Of a stretch of DNA of 64,000 bases, positions 1 to 13,500 are shown piece by piece. A program made the position numbers and the translations under genes. The stretch spans positions 743,255 through 807,254 of the forward strand of contig CAVZZZ010000005.1 of NCBI GenBank assembly GCA_963780045.1, given 5' to 3'. The notes below the pieces were generated by a model, which saw nothing but the letters and a program-made list of their open reading frames with translations, did no database searches and was not told the DNA's origin. Position 1 is the first letter of the stretch. The number at the start of each line of letters is the position of its first letter. Origin of the DNA: an uncultured Planctomycetia bacterium. GTDB lineage: Bacteria; Planctomycetota; Planctomycetia; Pirellulales; Thermoguttaceae.

Positions 1-1017
1 GACACGGCGGGCAATGTGGCCAAGCCCGGCTATCGGCAGGAAAGCGACGTCGATCCGCAGTCGCGAACCGAGACCTACGCCGCCGCGCGGCTGCAGATCG
101 ACAACTGGCGGTGGCAGGGCGTGCCGATCTACCTCCGATCGGGCAAGGCCCTTTGGAAGCGCGGGACCGAGATCATCGTCGAGTTCCGCAAGCCGCCGCT
201 GGGCCAGCTCCGCGGCACGGCGGTCCAATCGCTCGCCGCCAATCGCTTGATCTTTCACATCCAGCCCTACCAGGGGATCGAGGTCCAATTCCAGGCCAAG
301 GTGCCGGGACCGACTCTGCAACTCCAGCCGGTCCACATGAGGTTTGGTTACAGCGACGCCTTCAAGGCTTCCCGCTACACGGGCTACGAGGTGATGCTCT
401 ACTCGTGCAGCCGCGGCGACGCGACGCTCTTCTCGCGCGGAGACCTCGTGGAAGCCGCCTGGCGCGTGGCCCAGCCGATTCTGGATTACTTCGGTGCGAC
501 CGCTCCGGCCGACTTCCCCAATTATGCCCGCGGCGGTTGGGGACCGAAGTCGGCGGCGGACCTCATCCAGCGCGATGGGCGGCAGTGGCACGAAGTCATC
601 ACCGACGAAGTGCTCAAACGGGTGGCCGTGTTCAACGACGGCGACCCGCTCTTCCTTTCGCAACTCGCCCTCTCGCTTCGCTCTAGCCAGGCAGCCGCCG
701 GCCAGACGATCCTGCTCAAAGGCGATGCCGGGCGGGAGATGTACGTGATCGCCCGCGGGCAAGTGGACGTGTTGGACGACGCCGGCCGCTCGATCAAGAC
801 GCTTGGCGAAGGCGATTTCTTCGGCGAGATCGCCCTGTTGCTCTCGACGCCGCGGACGAGCACCGTCCGCGCCAGGACCGATTGCGACCTTTTCGTGTTG
901 GACCGCTCCGACTTGCACCGCATCCTGCACGAGCATCCGCAGTTTTCCGAAGGCGTCGCCAAGGTCGCCCGCGAGCGGTACAACGTCCATTTTCATACGG
1001 CGCCGGCCGGTTCGTAA
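1..1017 (+). CDS. zwf: glucose-6-phosphate dehydrogenase (C-terminal part; 5' end outside window) with a fused C-terminal cyclic-nucleotide-binding domain
   Basis: The frame is open from base 1 (track ORF 16..1017). The first ~200 aa match the G6PD C-terminal domain by eye ('WQGVPIYLRSGKAL', 'RLIFHIQPYQGIEVQFQAKVPGP', 'GYEVMLYSCSRGDATLFSR'). The last ~130 aa are a CAP_ED-type fold with phosphate-binding cassette 'GDFFGEIALLLSTPRTSTVRA'. Confidence 0.8.
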   Translation, partial: DTAGNVAKPGYRQESDVDPQSRTETYAAARLQIDNWRWQGVPIYLRSGKALWKRGTEIIVEFRKPPLGQLRGTAVQSLAANRLIFHIQPYQGIEVQFQAKVPGPTLQLQPVHMRFGYSDAFKASRYTGYEVMLYSCSRGDATLFSRGDLVEAAWRVAQPILDYFGATAPADFPNYARGGWGPKSAADLIQRDGRQWHEVITDEVLKRVAVFNDGDPLFLSQLALSLRSSQAAAGQTILLKGDAGREMYVIARGQVDVLDDAGRSIKTLGEGDFFGEIALLLSTPRTSTVRARTDCDLFVLDRSDLHRILHEHPQFSEGVAKVARERYNVHFHTAPAGS

Positions 1018-1351
1018 GTAAGTCCCGTGCAACATGCTTGTCGGGGCGGTGCTAAGGGTCGAGTTCTTGTCGCGTCGTTCTAGCCATCCCAACCTGTTCA
1101 TCCGGGCGAGCCGAATAGAGTTTCTAGCAGTATGTAACTCATCAGAACTACAATTAATGCCTCTCAGTAGGGGTGCAATGCGAGAAAAACGTATCCAGTT
1201 TAGTCGAGTAGTGTTCCATGAAGCGGGCCCATCGCCGGAGATCGGGAAAAACCTAGATTATTCGTGGCGGCGGACGCGGCCTCGACCTTGAAGTGCCGCC
1301 GGGCAAGGCGGCGCCGCCGGAGTTCGGAATAGTACGTCAATACACTAAACA

Positions 1352-2802
1352 ATGCACACTGTGCCATCTCCGCAGCACGACCGAAATTTGCTTTTCGGCA
1401 TCATGGCCGTGCAGATGGATTTCATCGGCCGCGATGCGCTGATCGCCGGCATGAACGCCTGGGTGTTGGCCAAGGAGAAACCGCTGGGCGAAATCCTCGT
1501 TGCCCAGAACGTCCTGGCGCCGGCCCGCCGCGGTCTGCTGGAAGAGCTGGTCTGCGAGCACCTCAAGCAGCACCACGGCGACCCGGCCCAAAGCCTCGCT
1601 GTCGTCAGCTCGGTCGGCTCGGTCCGCGAAGGATTGGAAATACTCGACGCGGAGGATTCCTTTGCCACGCGCCTGCAATCGGCGGGCGTCCCCGCTACTT
1701 CCGGCGGCCGCTTCCGCATCCTCCGTTCGCACGCCGAAGGCGGACTGGGCAAAGTCTCCGTCGCACGCGACGGGGAGCTGGGCCGCGAGGTGGCGCTGAA
1801 GGAGATCAAAGAGCGTCTCGCCGACGATCCCCCCAGCCCGCGCGATTCCTTCTGGAGGCGGAAATCACCGGCGGACTGGAGCATCCGGGCATCGTGCCGG
1901 TTTACAGTCTTGGCAAGTATGCCGACGGCCGCCCGTATTATGCCATGCGCTTCATCCGCGGCGACAGCCTCCAAGAAGCGGCCGACAACTACCACAAAGT
2001 AGCAGGCACGATCCGCGTGCCGCCCGCCGCCAGCACGCCGTCCGCCGCGGGCGAACGCGCCGTCGAACTCCGGAATTTGTTGCGCCGCTTTCTGGATGTC
2101 TGCAACGCCATTGCCTACGCGCATAGCCGTGGCGTTTTGCACCGCGATTTGAAGCCGGCCAACATCATGCTCGGCCAGTACGGCGAGACGTTGGTCGTAG
2201 ACTGGGGGCTGGCCAAGGCAAGCAACCGTCCGGAGTTGGCCGGTCAGTCGGGCGAAGGTCTGCTCCAGCCTGCGTCGGCCAGCGGCAGCGCCCCGACGCA
2301 GATGGGCTCGGCCATCGGCACGCCTCAGTACATGAGTCCCGAACAGGCCGCCGGCCGGCTCGATTTGCTTGGGCCGGCGAGCGACGTTTATAGCCTTGGC
2401 GCGACGCTTTACTACGTCCTCACCGGCCGGCCGCCCGTTAAGGCTGAGGACATTGGCGCTGTAATGAAGAAGGTGCAGACCGGCGACTTCCCCCCGCCAC
2501 GGTCTGCAAACCCAGAGATTTCCCCGCCGCTGGAGGCGATTTGTCTCAAGGCGATGGCGCTGAAGTCGGACGATCGCTATGCCACGCCCAAGGCACTCGC
2601 GGAGGACATCGAGCGTTGGCTGGCCGACGAGGCAGTCGGCGCATTTCCCGATCCATTGCTTTCTCGCGTCGCCCGCACGGCGCGGAGGCACAAGGTGGCG
2701 ACGGCAACGATTGCGGCACTGCTGATCGCGGCAGTTGTTGGGCTTTCCGTCGGCGCCTTGCTCTTGGGCGGCGCAGGCGCAGACGGCCAAGGCCCGCGAT
2801 GA
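1352..2802 (+). pseudogene. Hanks-type Ser/Thr protein kinase module (STK1), frame-disrupted; probably one gene with WD40 ORF 2735..5350
   Basis: Track ORF 1352..2002 carries the N-terminal 'NLLFGIMAVQMDFIGRDAL' domain, '[11 protein letters not shown]' and 'VALKEIK'. Track ORF 1894..2802 carries '[11 protein letters not shown]', 'DWGLAK', '[10 protein letters not shown]' and TM helix '[19 protein letters not shown]'. Compared with paralogue 5376..7439, this copy has a CG run 1 nt shorter near 1837-1846 and a stretch 2 nt shorter near 2762-2775. Confidence 0.85.
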
Positions 2803-2835
2803 TGCCCTCAGAGCCAAGGACTCCGCCGTGGCAGC
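1646..2835. repeat. direct repeat copy 1 (kinase core + TM + coiled-coil start), near-identical to 5442-6632
   Basis: By-eye nucleotide alignment. Both copies start at 'gacgcggaggattcc' and run to 'gccaaggaytccgccgtggc'. The boundaries are approximate. Confidence 0.8.
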
Positions 2836-5350
2836 GCATCAAGCGGAAACGGCTGCCAAGAACGATTCCGAAGCAAAAAGGAAACAAATCACTCGCCAAT
2901 TGGCACTTTCGTTGATCGATCGCGGCGTCAACGAGATAGAATACGGCAACCGTCGGCGAGGATACGCGATTCTTGGACAAGCGCTTGCCCCCGCGAGCGA
3001 TTCTCCCGATCTCGATACGAGCGTTCGTTCGCTCTTCGGCGCATGGGATCTCAGCCTGCCGCGCATTCTGCAACATCAATACCCCGTAAATGCCGTGGCC
3101 TTCAGTCCCGACGGCGCAAAGATCGCCACCGCAAGTAGCAACATGACCGTGCGCCTTTGGGACGCCGCAACGGGCAAACTGTGCGGCGACCCAATCATGG
3201 GCGGCGGAAATGTCCTCGCGTTCAGCCTTGACGGCGCGAAGATCGCTACCGCGGACGACGAATTGGTGCAGCTCTGGGACGCGGCAACAGGCAAACCCCT
3301 CAGCGATGCGATCGACCACGACGACCTTGTCATTTGCCACGACGATATCGTGAATGCCGTGGCGTTCAGCCCCGACGGGACGAAGATCGCCACCGCAAGC
3401 CAGGACAAGACCGCGCGGCTTTGGGATGCCGCGACCGGCGAACCCCTCGGCGCGCCAATGAAGCACGCCGCGTCCGTGAACAGCGTAGCCTTCAGTCCCG
3501 ACGGGACAAAGCTTGCCACGGCAAGCGACGACCATTCGGCGCGGCTTTGGAACCTTTCGACGAACGAACCGCTCGGCGAGCCGATGAAGCACGCCGCCTC
3601 CCTTAACACCGTGGTCTTCAGTCCGGACGGGACGAAGCTTGCCACCGCGGGCGATGACAATACGGTGCGGCTTTGGAACGTGGCGACGAACAAACCGCTC
3701 GGTGAGCCGATGAAACACGCCGCTTCCGTTAACTGCGCGGTCTTCAGTCCGGACGGAACGAAGCTTGCCACCGCAAGCAATGACCATACCGCGCGGCTTT
3801 GGAACGCGGCGACGGGCAGGCCGCTTGGAGAGCCGATGAAGCACGAGGCCGAGGTGCGGTCCGCGGTCTTCGGACCGGACGGCACAAAGGTCGCCACGGC
3901 AAGCCTCGACGGGACGGCGCGGCTTTGGGACGCGGCCAGCGGCAAGCCGCTCGGCGCGCCATTTAAACACGACGATGGCGTACTTGCCGTGGCGTTCAGT
4001 CCCGACGGCAGCAAGATTGTCTCGGCAAGCAGCGACGGCACGGCGCGCATTTGGGATTCGGCGGCTGGCGGACCGATCGGCGTGCCGATGAGGCACGACA
4101 AGCCTGTGGAAGCGATGGCCTTCGGCCTCGATGGCGCCAAGATCGCCACGGCGAGCGGTGACGGTACGACGCGACTTTGGGACGCGGCAACTTGTAAACT
4201 GCTCAGCGAGCCGATGAAGCACAATGAGACGGTCTGTGCCCCGGCGTTCAGCAGCGAAGGGACGATGATCGTCACTGCAAGTTCCGACAGGACGGCGCGG
4301 ATTTGGGATGTGACAACGGGCAAACTGCTCCTCGCGCCGATCAAGCACGACAAACCTATACTCGCCGTGGCCTTTAGCCTCGACCGAAAAAAGTTTGCCA
4401 CCGCGAGCGGCTTTCGATGGACGGGCGAGAATACAACGCGGGTTTGGGACGTGGCGACGGGCAAATCGTTCGGCGCGCCAATCAAGTATGAAGACGTTGT
4501 GTTTGCCGTTGCCATGAGCCCCGACGGGATGACGAATGCCACCGCCAGCGCCAAGTTCAACACCGCGCGGCTTTGGAGCGTGGCGACGGGCAAATCGTTT
4601 GGCGAACCAATGAAGCACGATGGCCAAGTAAATTGCGTTAACTTCAGCCCCGACGGGACGAAGATCGCCACGGCAAGCAGTGATAAAACCGCGCGAATTT
4701 GGGACGCCACGACCGGCAAACCGCTGACCCAGCCAATGAAGCTCAACGCGGCGGTGCTCAGCGTGGTATTCAGCCCCGATGGGACCAAGATCGCGACGGC
4801 AAGCGGAGATTTGTCGGCCGACGGCAATGGCGAAGCAAGGCTTTGGGACGCAGTCACGGGCAAACCGCTCGGCGAGCCAATGAAGCATGACAGTCGCGTA
4901 TTGACGGTGGCCTTCAGCCCCGATCGGACGATTATGGCCGCCGGCGATCGCTCGGCTGCCCGCCTTTGGAACGTCGCGCGGCAACTTGGCGGCGATCCCA
5001 GGTGGATCGCCGCGTATATCACCGCGGTTTCGGGGTTGGCCGAAGACGCGGATCACGCTCTTCATCCGCTTTCGCTCGAAGCAACGGCGTCGAATTGGGC
5101 AGAAGTCATGAAGTCGCCTGAGTGGCTCGAATACCGCACGTTGATCCTGGACCGGAGCCGACTCGCCCTGCATGAAACCGACGCCGAACATTTCGAGACC
5201 GAAAAGAGCTGGTTCGCCGCGGCCTTCCACCTCAAGTGGCTCGCCGATAAAAGCCCGCACGACATGGACCTCCGCCGCCGTCTTTCCCGCGCGTACGCCG
5301 AGCAGGGCCTCAAGGAAAAAGCCGCCGCTGCGCTGGTTGAGCCGAAGTAA
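2735..5350 (+). CDS. WD40-repeat beta-propeller protein (15 recognisable blades) plus C-terminal helical domain; likely the sensor part of STK1
   Basis: There are 15 repeats of about 42 aa, of the type 'VNAVAFSPDGTKIATAS.DKTARLWDAATGKPLGEPMKH'. The N-terminal '[22 protein letters not shown]' is colinear with the post-TM coiled coil of paralogue STK2. That implies continuity with the kinase ORF upstream. Confidence 0.9.
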   Translation: MLGFPSAPCSWAAQAQTAKARDDALRAKDSAVAAHQAETAAKNDSEAKRKQITRQLALSLIDRGVNEIEYGNRRRGYAILGQALAPASDSPDLDTSVRSLFGAWDLSLPRILQHQYPVNAVAFSPDGAKIATASSNMTVRLWDAATGKLCGDPIMGGGNVLAFSLDGAKIATADDELVQLWDAATGKPLSDAIDHDDLVICHDDIVNAVAFSPDGTKIATASQDKTARLWDAATGEPLGAPMKHAASVNSVAFSPDGTKLATASDDHSARLWNLSTNEPLGEPMKHAASLNTVVFSPDGTKLATAGDDNTVRLWNVATNKPLGEPMKHAASVNCAVFSPDGTKLATASNDHTARLWNAATGRPLGEPMKHEAEVRSAVFGPDGTKVATASLDGTARLWDAASGKPLGAPFKHDDGVLAVAFSPDGSKIVSASSDGTARIWDSAAGGPIGVPMRHDKPVEAMAFGLDGAKIATASGDGTTRLWDAATCKLLSEPMKHNETVCAPAFSSEGTMIVTASSDRTARIWDVTTGKLLLAPIKHDKPILAVAFSLDRKKFATASGFRWTGENTTRVWDVATGKSFGAPIKYEDVVFAVAMSPDGMTNATASAKFNTARLWSVATGKSFGEPMKHDGQVNCVNFSPDGTKIATASSDKTARIWDATTGKPLTQPMKLNAAVLSVVFSPDGTKIATASGDLSADGNGEARLWDAVTGKPLGEPMKHDSRVLTVAFSPDRTIMAAGDRSAARLWNVARQLGGDPRWIAAYITAVSGLAEDADHALHPLSLEATASNWAEVMKSPEWLEYRTLILDRSRLALHETDAEHFETEKSWFAAAFHLKWLADKSPHDMDLRRRLSRAYAEQGLKEKAAAALVEPK

Positions 5351-5375
5351 TATCAATATATAAACGAGGCACACG

Positions 5376-7439
5376 GTGTCATCTCCCCAGCACAACTGCA
5401 ATCTGCTTTTCGGCGGTATGGCCTTGCAGACGGATTCCCCCGACGCGGAGGATTCCTTCGCTACGTGCTTGCAGCCGGTGGGCCTTTCCACTTCCGCCGG
5501 CCGATTTCGCGTTCTCCGTCCGCACGCCGAAGGCGGACTGGGCAAAGTCTCCGTCGCCCGCGACAAGGAACTGGGCCGCGAAGTGGCACTGAAAGAGATC
5601 AAAGAGCGTCTCGCCGACGACGCCAACAGCCGCGCGCGATTCCTTCTGGAGGCGGAAATAACCGGCGGACTGGAGCATCCGGGCATCGTGCCGGTCTACA
5701 GTCTTGGCCAGTACGCCGACGGCCGGCCCTACTATGCCATGCGCTTCATCCGCGGCGACAGCCTCCAAGAGGCGGCCGATCGCTACCACAAGGTAGCGGG
5801 CACGCTCCGCGTGCCGTCCGCTTCCGGCGAACGCGCTGTCGAACTCCGCAAACTGTTGCGCCGCTTTCTGGACGTCTGCAACGCGATCGCCTACGCGCAC
5901 AGCCGTGGCGTCTTGCACCGCGATTTGAAGCCGGCCAACATCATGCTCGGCCAATACGGCGAGACGCTCGTGGTCGACTGGGGACTGGCCAAGGCGACCG
6001 ACCGGCCGGAGTTGGCGGGCCAGTCGGGCGAAGTTCGGCTCAAGCCCGCGTCCACCAGCGGCAGCGCGCCGACGCAGATGGGCTCGGCCATCGGCACGCC
6101 GCAATACATGAGCCCCGAACAGGCCGCCGGTCGGCTCGATCTGCTCGGCCCGGCCAGCGATGTTTACAGTCTTGGCGCTACGCTCTACTACGTCCTCACC
6201 GGCCGGCCGCCCATTAAGGCTGAGGACATTGGCGCCGTCTTGAAGAAAGTGCAGACCGGCGACTTCGCCCCGCCGCGGTCGGCAAACCCCGAGATTGCTC
6301 GGCCGCTGGAGGCGATTTGTCTCAAGGCGATGGCCGTGAAGCCCGAGGACCGCTATGCGACGCCCAAGACCCTCGCGGAAGATATCGAGCGTTGGCTCGC
6401 CGACGAAACGGTCAACGCATATCCTGATCCGTTGCTGTCTCGCGTCGCTCGCGCGGCACGGCGGCACAAGGTGGCGACGGCAACGGTTGCGGCCCTGCTG
6501 ATCGCGGCGGTCGTTGGGCTTTCCGTCGGCGCCTTGCTGTTGGACCGCGAGCAGGCGCTGACGGCGAAGGCCCGCGACGCGGAAGAGTTCGCCAAGGATG
6601 CTGCTATTAAAGCCAAGGATTCCGCCGTGGCGGCCGAGAAACTGGCGGACGCCAACGCCGAGAAGGCCGAGGCGAATGCCAAGCGGGCCGAGGAAAGCGC
6701 CCAATCCGCGGAAGCGCAGGCCCGCCTCTCGCTGCAAGTAATCGACTCCGTGGTCTTCGACATCGAAGGTGGACTGGAAAACGTGCCCGGCGCGCTCGCC
6801 GTCCGTCGCAGACTCCTTAAAACGGCCGTCGACGGACTGAACCAGGTCGCCCGCTTCTCGGAAGGATCGGAAGTGGATCGCGGCACGGCGGTGGCCCTGG
6901 GAAGGACCGGCGACGTGCTTTTGCGCATGGGCGATTCGGAGAAAGACGCCGCTGCCACCGCGCGCCGGTTTTACGAACAGGCCCACGCCATTTTTCAGAA
7001 GTTGGCGGAAGCGCACCCCAACGATGCGCAGGCCCAGCGGGATTTGTCGATCTCGTGCGAGCGGCTCGGTGAAGTTATGGCGAAAACGGGTCAGACCGGC
7101 GCCGCGCTGAAATACTGTCAAGACGGCTTGGCGATCCGCAAGAAGCTGGCTCAGAACGATCCTCGCGATGACCAGGCCCAGCGGGATTTGGCGTTCGCGT
7201 ACAACGATCTTGGGAATCTCATGCTGCAAACGAATCAAATCGACGCCGCGCTGAAGTTTTACCAGCAGGCCTTGGCGGCCGTGGCGGAACTGGCGCGGAA
7301 AAACCCAAACAGCAGCCAGGTCCGCGACCAACTGAACCTGGTGAAGCGGCAGATCGTCCACTGCGAGGACCTGATGCGCCTCCGCGGCCTGCCCGAATTC
7401 CAAAAACCGTTGGACTCCGTCCCGCCGCCCAAACCTTAA
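5376..7439 (+). CDS. Hanks-type Ser/Thr protein kinase with TM helix, coiled coil and C-terminal TPR repeats (STK2)
   Basis: Carries '[11 protein letters not shown]', 'DWGLAK', '[10 protein letters not shown]' and TM '[19 protein letters not shown]'. The C-terminus has repeated 'AQRDL(S/A)..Y..LG' TPR-like units. The start is GTG, because the ATG of the paralogue is AGG here. Confidence 0.9.
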   Translation: MSSPQHNCNLLFGGMALQTDSPDAEDSFATCLQPVGLSTSAGRFRVLRPHAEGGLGKVSVARDKELGREVALKEIKERLADDANSRARFLLEAEITGGLEHPGIVPVYSLGQYADGRPYYAMRFIRGDSLQEAADRYHKVAGTLRVPSASGERAVELRKLLRRFLDVCNAIAYAHSRGVLHRDLKPANIMLGQYGETLVVDWGLAKATDRPELAGQSGEVRLKPASTSGSAPTQMGSAIGTPQYMSPEQAAGRLDLLGPASDVYSLGATLYYVLTGRPPIKAEDIGAVLKKVQTGDFAPPRSANPEIARPLEAICLKAMAVKPEDRYATPKTLAEDIERWLADETVNAYPDPLLSRVARAARRHKVATATVAALLIAAVVGLSVGALLLDREQALTAKARDAEEFAKDAAIKAKDSAVAAEKLADANAEKAEANAKRAEESAQSAEAQARLSLQVIDSVVFDIEGGLENVPGALAVRRRLLKTAVDGLNQVARFSEGSEVDRGTAVALGRTGDVLLRMGDSEKDAAATARRFYEQAHAIFQKLAEAHPNDAQAQRDLSISCERLGEVMAKTGQTGAALKYCQDGLAIRKKLAQNDPRDDQAQRDLAFAYNDLGNLMLQTNQIDAALKFYQQALAAVAELARKNPNSSQVRDQLNLVKRQIVHCEDLMRLRGLPEFQKPLDSVPPPKP
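5442..6632. repeat. direct repeat copy 2 of the kinase cassette
   Basis: See copy 1 (1646-2835). Confidence 0.8.
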
Positions 7440-7463
7440 ATCCGGCCCCAGACGCACATCCTG

Positions 7464-10150
<2,687 letters not shown>

Positions 10151-10304
10151 GTGGTGCGGAGCAGACTTGAGGCTAGAGTGCTGAGGCTTGAGGCGCCGGC
10201 TGTCATCTAATCCAAGCGTGTGGTGCATATCGCATCGTGTTCTGGCCAGAATATTCTTCAAGCTTTGAACATCGAGTTCTTGGCCTGTTTTTGCCTGTTT
10301 TCCG

Positions 10305-10381
10305 ACCTTGAATGAACCTTGAACGTACCTTGAGTGAACCTTGAACGAACCTTGGACCAACCTTCAACGAACCCACACCGT
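10305..10381. repeat. 11-bp tandem repeat ACCTTGAAYGA, 6 copies plus 1 degenerate copy
   Basis: Units read directly from the sequence: accttgaatga, accttgaacgt, accttgagtga, accttgaacga, accttggacca, accttcaacga, acccacaccgt. The array is intergenic, and the period is not a multiple of 3. Confidence 0.9.
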
Positions 10382-10571
10382 CTCGGAAGTATGCCACGGG
10401 CGGTGCGCTAGACTTTTCGCTGGTCGTGCAGCAGCACGACCGAACCCGGCATCCCACGCGACGGCGGAACCGTCGACCCCCGGCCCAGTATTTGCGGGTT
10501 ACGGCGTTTTCGGGCGGTTTCTGCCGGAACAGGCCCGTTGATTGCCGTGCCGTCTGGATTATATTGGGGTA

Positions 10572-13500
10572 ATGCCAAATACTACGCAAAGGGAATTGGA
10601 GCGGTCGTTGGGCGTTTTGCCGGAGCCGACGCCGGAAGCCTATCACAGCCGGCAAGAACGCTTAAGGCGGTATATCAATCTGCAATTGATCACCGCGGGA
10701 ATGCCCCCGGTGCCGCTGGACAACGCCTCGCCAACCTCGGTCGACGCCGAGGAGCTTTTGGGAGCGTTTCGCGAACGGCTTTCGCTCTTGAACGATCCCC
10801 GCTGCCCGACCGATCGGCGGATCGAGAGCTTCTTGCACGAACACTTTGCGGACCTGCCCGGCGAGGCGGAGCTGCGGCTGCCGGAGCGGACGCTGACGCT
10901 CGATCGCCACGGTTTGGCCCGCGAGCTTTCGCTGCCGGTGGACGGCGACTCGTTTCAAAACGAGCTGATCCACTCCTATCGCGTGCTGAACGGCGTGCTG
11001 CACAATCCGCTCAACGACCGCCGCACGACCAGCGGCACGTTCCACGTTTGCGAAGGGGGCCTGCCGATCCCCGACGACAAGAAGGCGACGCCCAAGGAAG
11101 CCTTCGCGGGGCTCTTCCGCAGGGCGTTCGAGGCGCTGCGCGAGATGTTGGCATTGCCGTACACGGCCAATCGCCCGCAGCCGGTGGCGACCTTCGTGTC
11201 GCTGCTATTGCGGCCGCTGGTCTGTCCCGCGGTGGAAGGCTGTACGCCGGAAAAACGGCTGGAGATCCGCTTCTTCGCGCCGGGCGGGCTGGTGAGCAAT
11301 CTCGATTTCGTGGAGTCGATCTTCGGCAACGCGGGCGATCCGTTCCTGCCGGAGAACGACGCCGGCCTGGACGTCGAGCATTGGACGGGCCACACCGGCG
11401 CGGTCATCCTGGCGCCGCACCTTATCCGCGCGACCAAGCGCGAGCTCGGTCTGCCGCACGTTTCCGAGGCGACCGATCGCCAGCGCCGCGACGGCATGTG
11501 TTGGGAAAACGAGGCCGAATGCTACAACGACGGCCGAGCGTTCAAGCTTACCTGCCGCACCACCGCGGGCGTGATCGTCACGCTCATTGCCGACAACTAC
11601 TTCGGCTACTGCAAGAAAGAAGTGAAGACGCAGATCAGCTACGCGGCCAACCTCTACGGCAACGTGGAAGAGGAGCACGCCGGCGGCGCGACCGTCTTTC
11701 CCAGTTACAACCTGGGCGAAGAGTTCCACGCCGACGTGCGCGTACGGCAACGGCCGCACCTTGGATGACGTGGTGCGCGACTATCCGCAGTTCGTTGACG
11801 CGAAGCCGGAGGGCTACGCGGTCGATCGCCGCTACCCCGACCTGATCTACATCGCCGGCAACGCCAAGGCCGACTTGCACGAACAAAAGCTCTTCTGGGA
11901 GAAGGACGGCGTCGTCCACTCGCTGCCGCTGCTGCCAAGCAAGGTCTACATGACGCCATCGGGATACAACGTGCGGATGGAGAAGCATCCGGGCAGCACG
12001 ACCTGGCGGCTCATCGGCACGGCGGCCGAGGGCGCGTTCTGCCACAAGCCCTGCACGGTGAGCGGCGGCGGCAAGAGCGAAATCAGCAAGTCGCTGGTGG
12101 ATTACATGCACTTTGGGCCGATCTTCGTCGCCGATCCGGAGAAGGATTTCAAGTTGTTGGACGAGATCTTCGAGAAGGACTATTCCGCCCGATACCGGCC
12201 AGACGCGGCGGACCGGCCCGATTACGGCCAGCGGGCCAGCCGCAAAATCCTCGACCGAAACCGGACGCTGGGCAGCGTGATCAAGCTGCTCACTCCGTCG
12301 CCGCAGTATACCGACGAATTCAACGCCTGGCTACAGTCGATTCCCAGCTACATGTACGCCATGGTGTTCATCATCAAACGGTTTCAATCGCCGGAATGGG
12401 TCGGCGGCTGGCGCGAGCATTTCAGCCTGGACATCGTCAACGGTTCGCCGGGTCATGAGTTGAAATACCACGACCGCAAGCTGGTGGGAACCTACTTGCG
12501 CGTCGGCCTTGAGGCCGGCGGCGAGTGGCGGACATTCAAAGTGCGGCAAGACTTCGCCGCCGCCACAAAGATCCAGACCGAAGACGACATCTCCGCCTCG
12601 GTCGTGGTGACGGCCGAGGCCCTGCGCCGCGGCGCCCTCGGGCAGGAGCTGCTCTCGCGATACCAGAATTCGTTGCGCTACAAATTCATTGAGAATTGCG
12701 AATTCCGCCTCTTCCAGCGCCCCGACGAAGCGATCCATCGCGGCATGGACAAGCAGACGGAAACCGATCTGGCCCGGCCGGACAATTTCCTCTCCAACTT
12801 CGAGCCGCTGACTTGCGAGCAGGTACGCGAGCGCGTGCAGCGGGTGGTCGAGTTCGAGAAATTCACCCGACCGATACAGCGGCTGCTGCGGGCCGCCGCC
12901 AAGCGCGAGGCGGGTTACGTCGTCGCCTCGGACTCGCCGCGACTGGTGGACGGCAAGCCGTCGCAGAACCCCCGCTATTTGCAAGACCGGCCCGACCTGG
13001 TCAATCCGATGAAGCGCTACGTGACCGCGATGGGCGCGCGGCTGTCGCGGGCGGTCCCGGCGAAGTTCGGCGTGCCTACGCCGGTGGACTGCGTGCTGCT
13101 AGGGCGCCGCAACAACCCGCCCGACCCCGCGCGGCATCCGCGGCTTGGCCGTCTACAACCCGATCCATTATCAGGAGCTGCCGGAGTTGTTCATGGACTT
13201 CATCTGCTCGCTGACGGGCAAGAGTCCTTCCACGACGGGTGCCGGCAGCGAGGGGGCGTTGACCAAGGGGCCGTTCAACGCCCTGCTGCCGATCAGCGAT
13301 TTGAACAACGCGCTGGTGAGCTTCATCCTCACCGGACTGCCCGGCTTTTCAACAGCGGCCGGCCACATCGGGCCGAACGTGCGGGTCGATCACGATCTCA
13401 GCCTGCTGGTGCCGGAGATTTGGTGCCGGCTCACGCCCGACGAGCGCGATCCGGCCGGGCTGATCCGCGAGCGGCTGTTGGAGCCGTTGGAGGATTTCAC

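Noticed and set aside
1020-1350. Possible tRNA or small structured RNA genes in the larger intergenic gaps (1020-1350, 14130-14680, 19345-19620, 39185-39474)
   Set aside because: I saw no cloverleaf-compatible sequence (no GTTCGAATC-type T-arm or CCA-proximal acceptor pairing) and no recognisable tmRNA, RNase P or 6S signatures by eye. This cannot be excluded without a covariance-model scan.
1830-2775. Programmed ribosomal frameshifting or recoding as the explanation for the split genes
   Set aside because: I saw no slippery heptamer or downstream structure at the joins. The paralogue comparison shows plain 1-2 nt length differences in simple runs. The same phenomenon hits unrelated genes across the whole window.
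3060-4990. Regular ~126-bp periodicity that could be mistaken for a tandem repeat or CRISPR-like array
   Set aside because: The periodicity is in frame and encodes WD40 blades. The units diverge at the nucleotide level, and there is no repeat-spacer structure.
2546-5686. 1046-aa minus-strand ORF, plus 648-aa ORF 3076..5022, antisense to the WD40 gene
   Set aside because: The composition is Arg/Gly/Pro/Ala-rich, with a periodicity that simply mirrors the WD40 repeats. The plus strand encodes canonical WD40 blades. Long antisense ORFs are expected in high-GC DNA.
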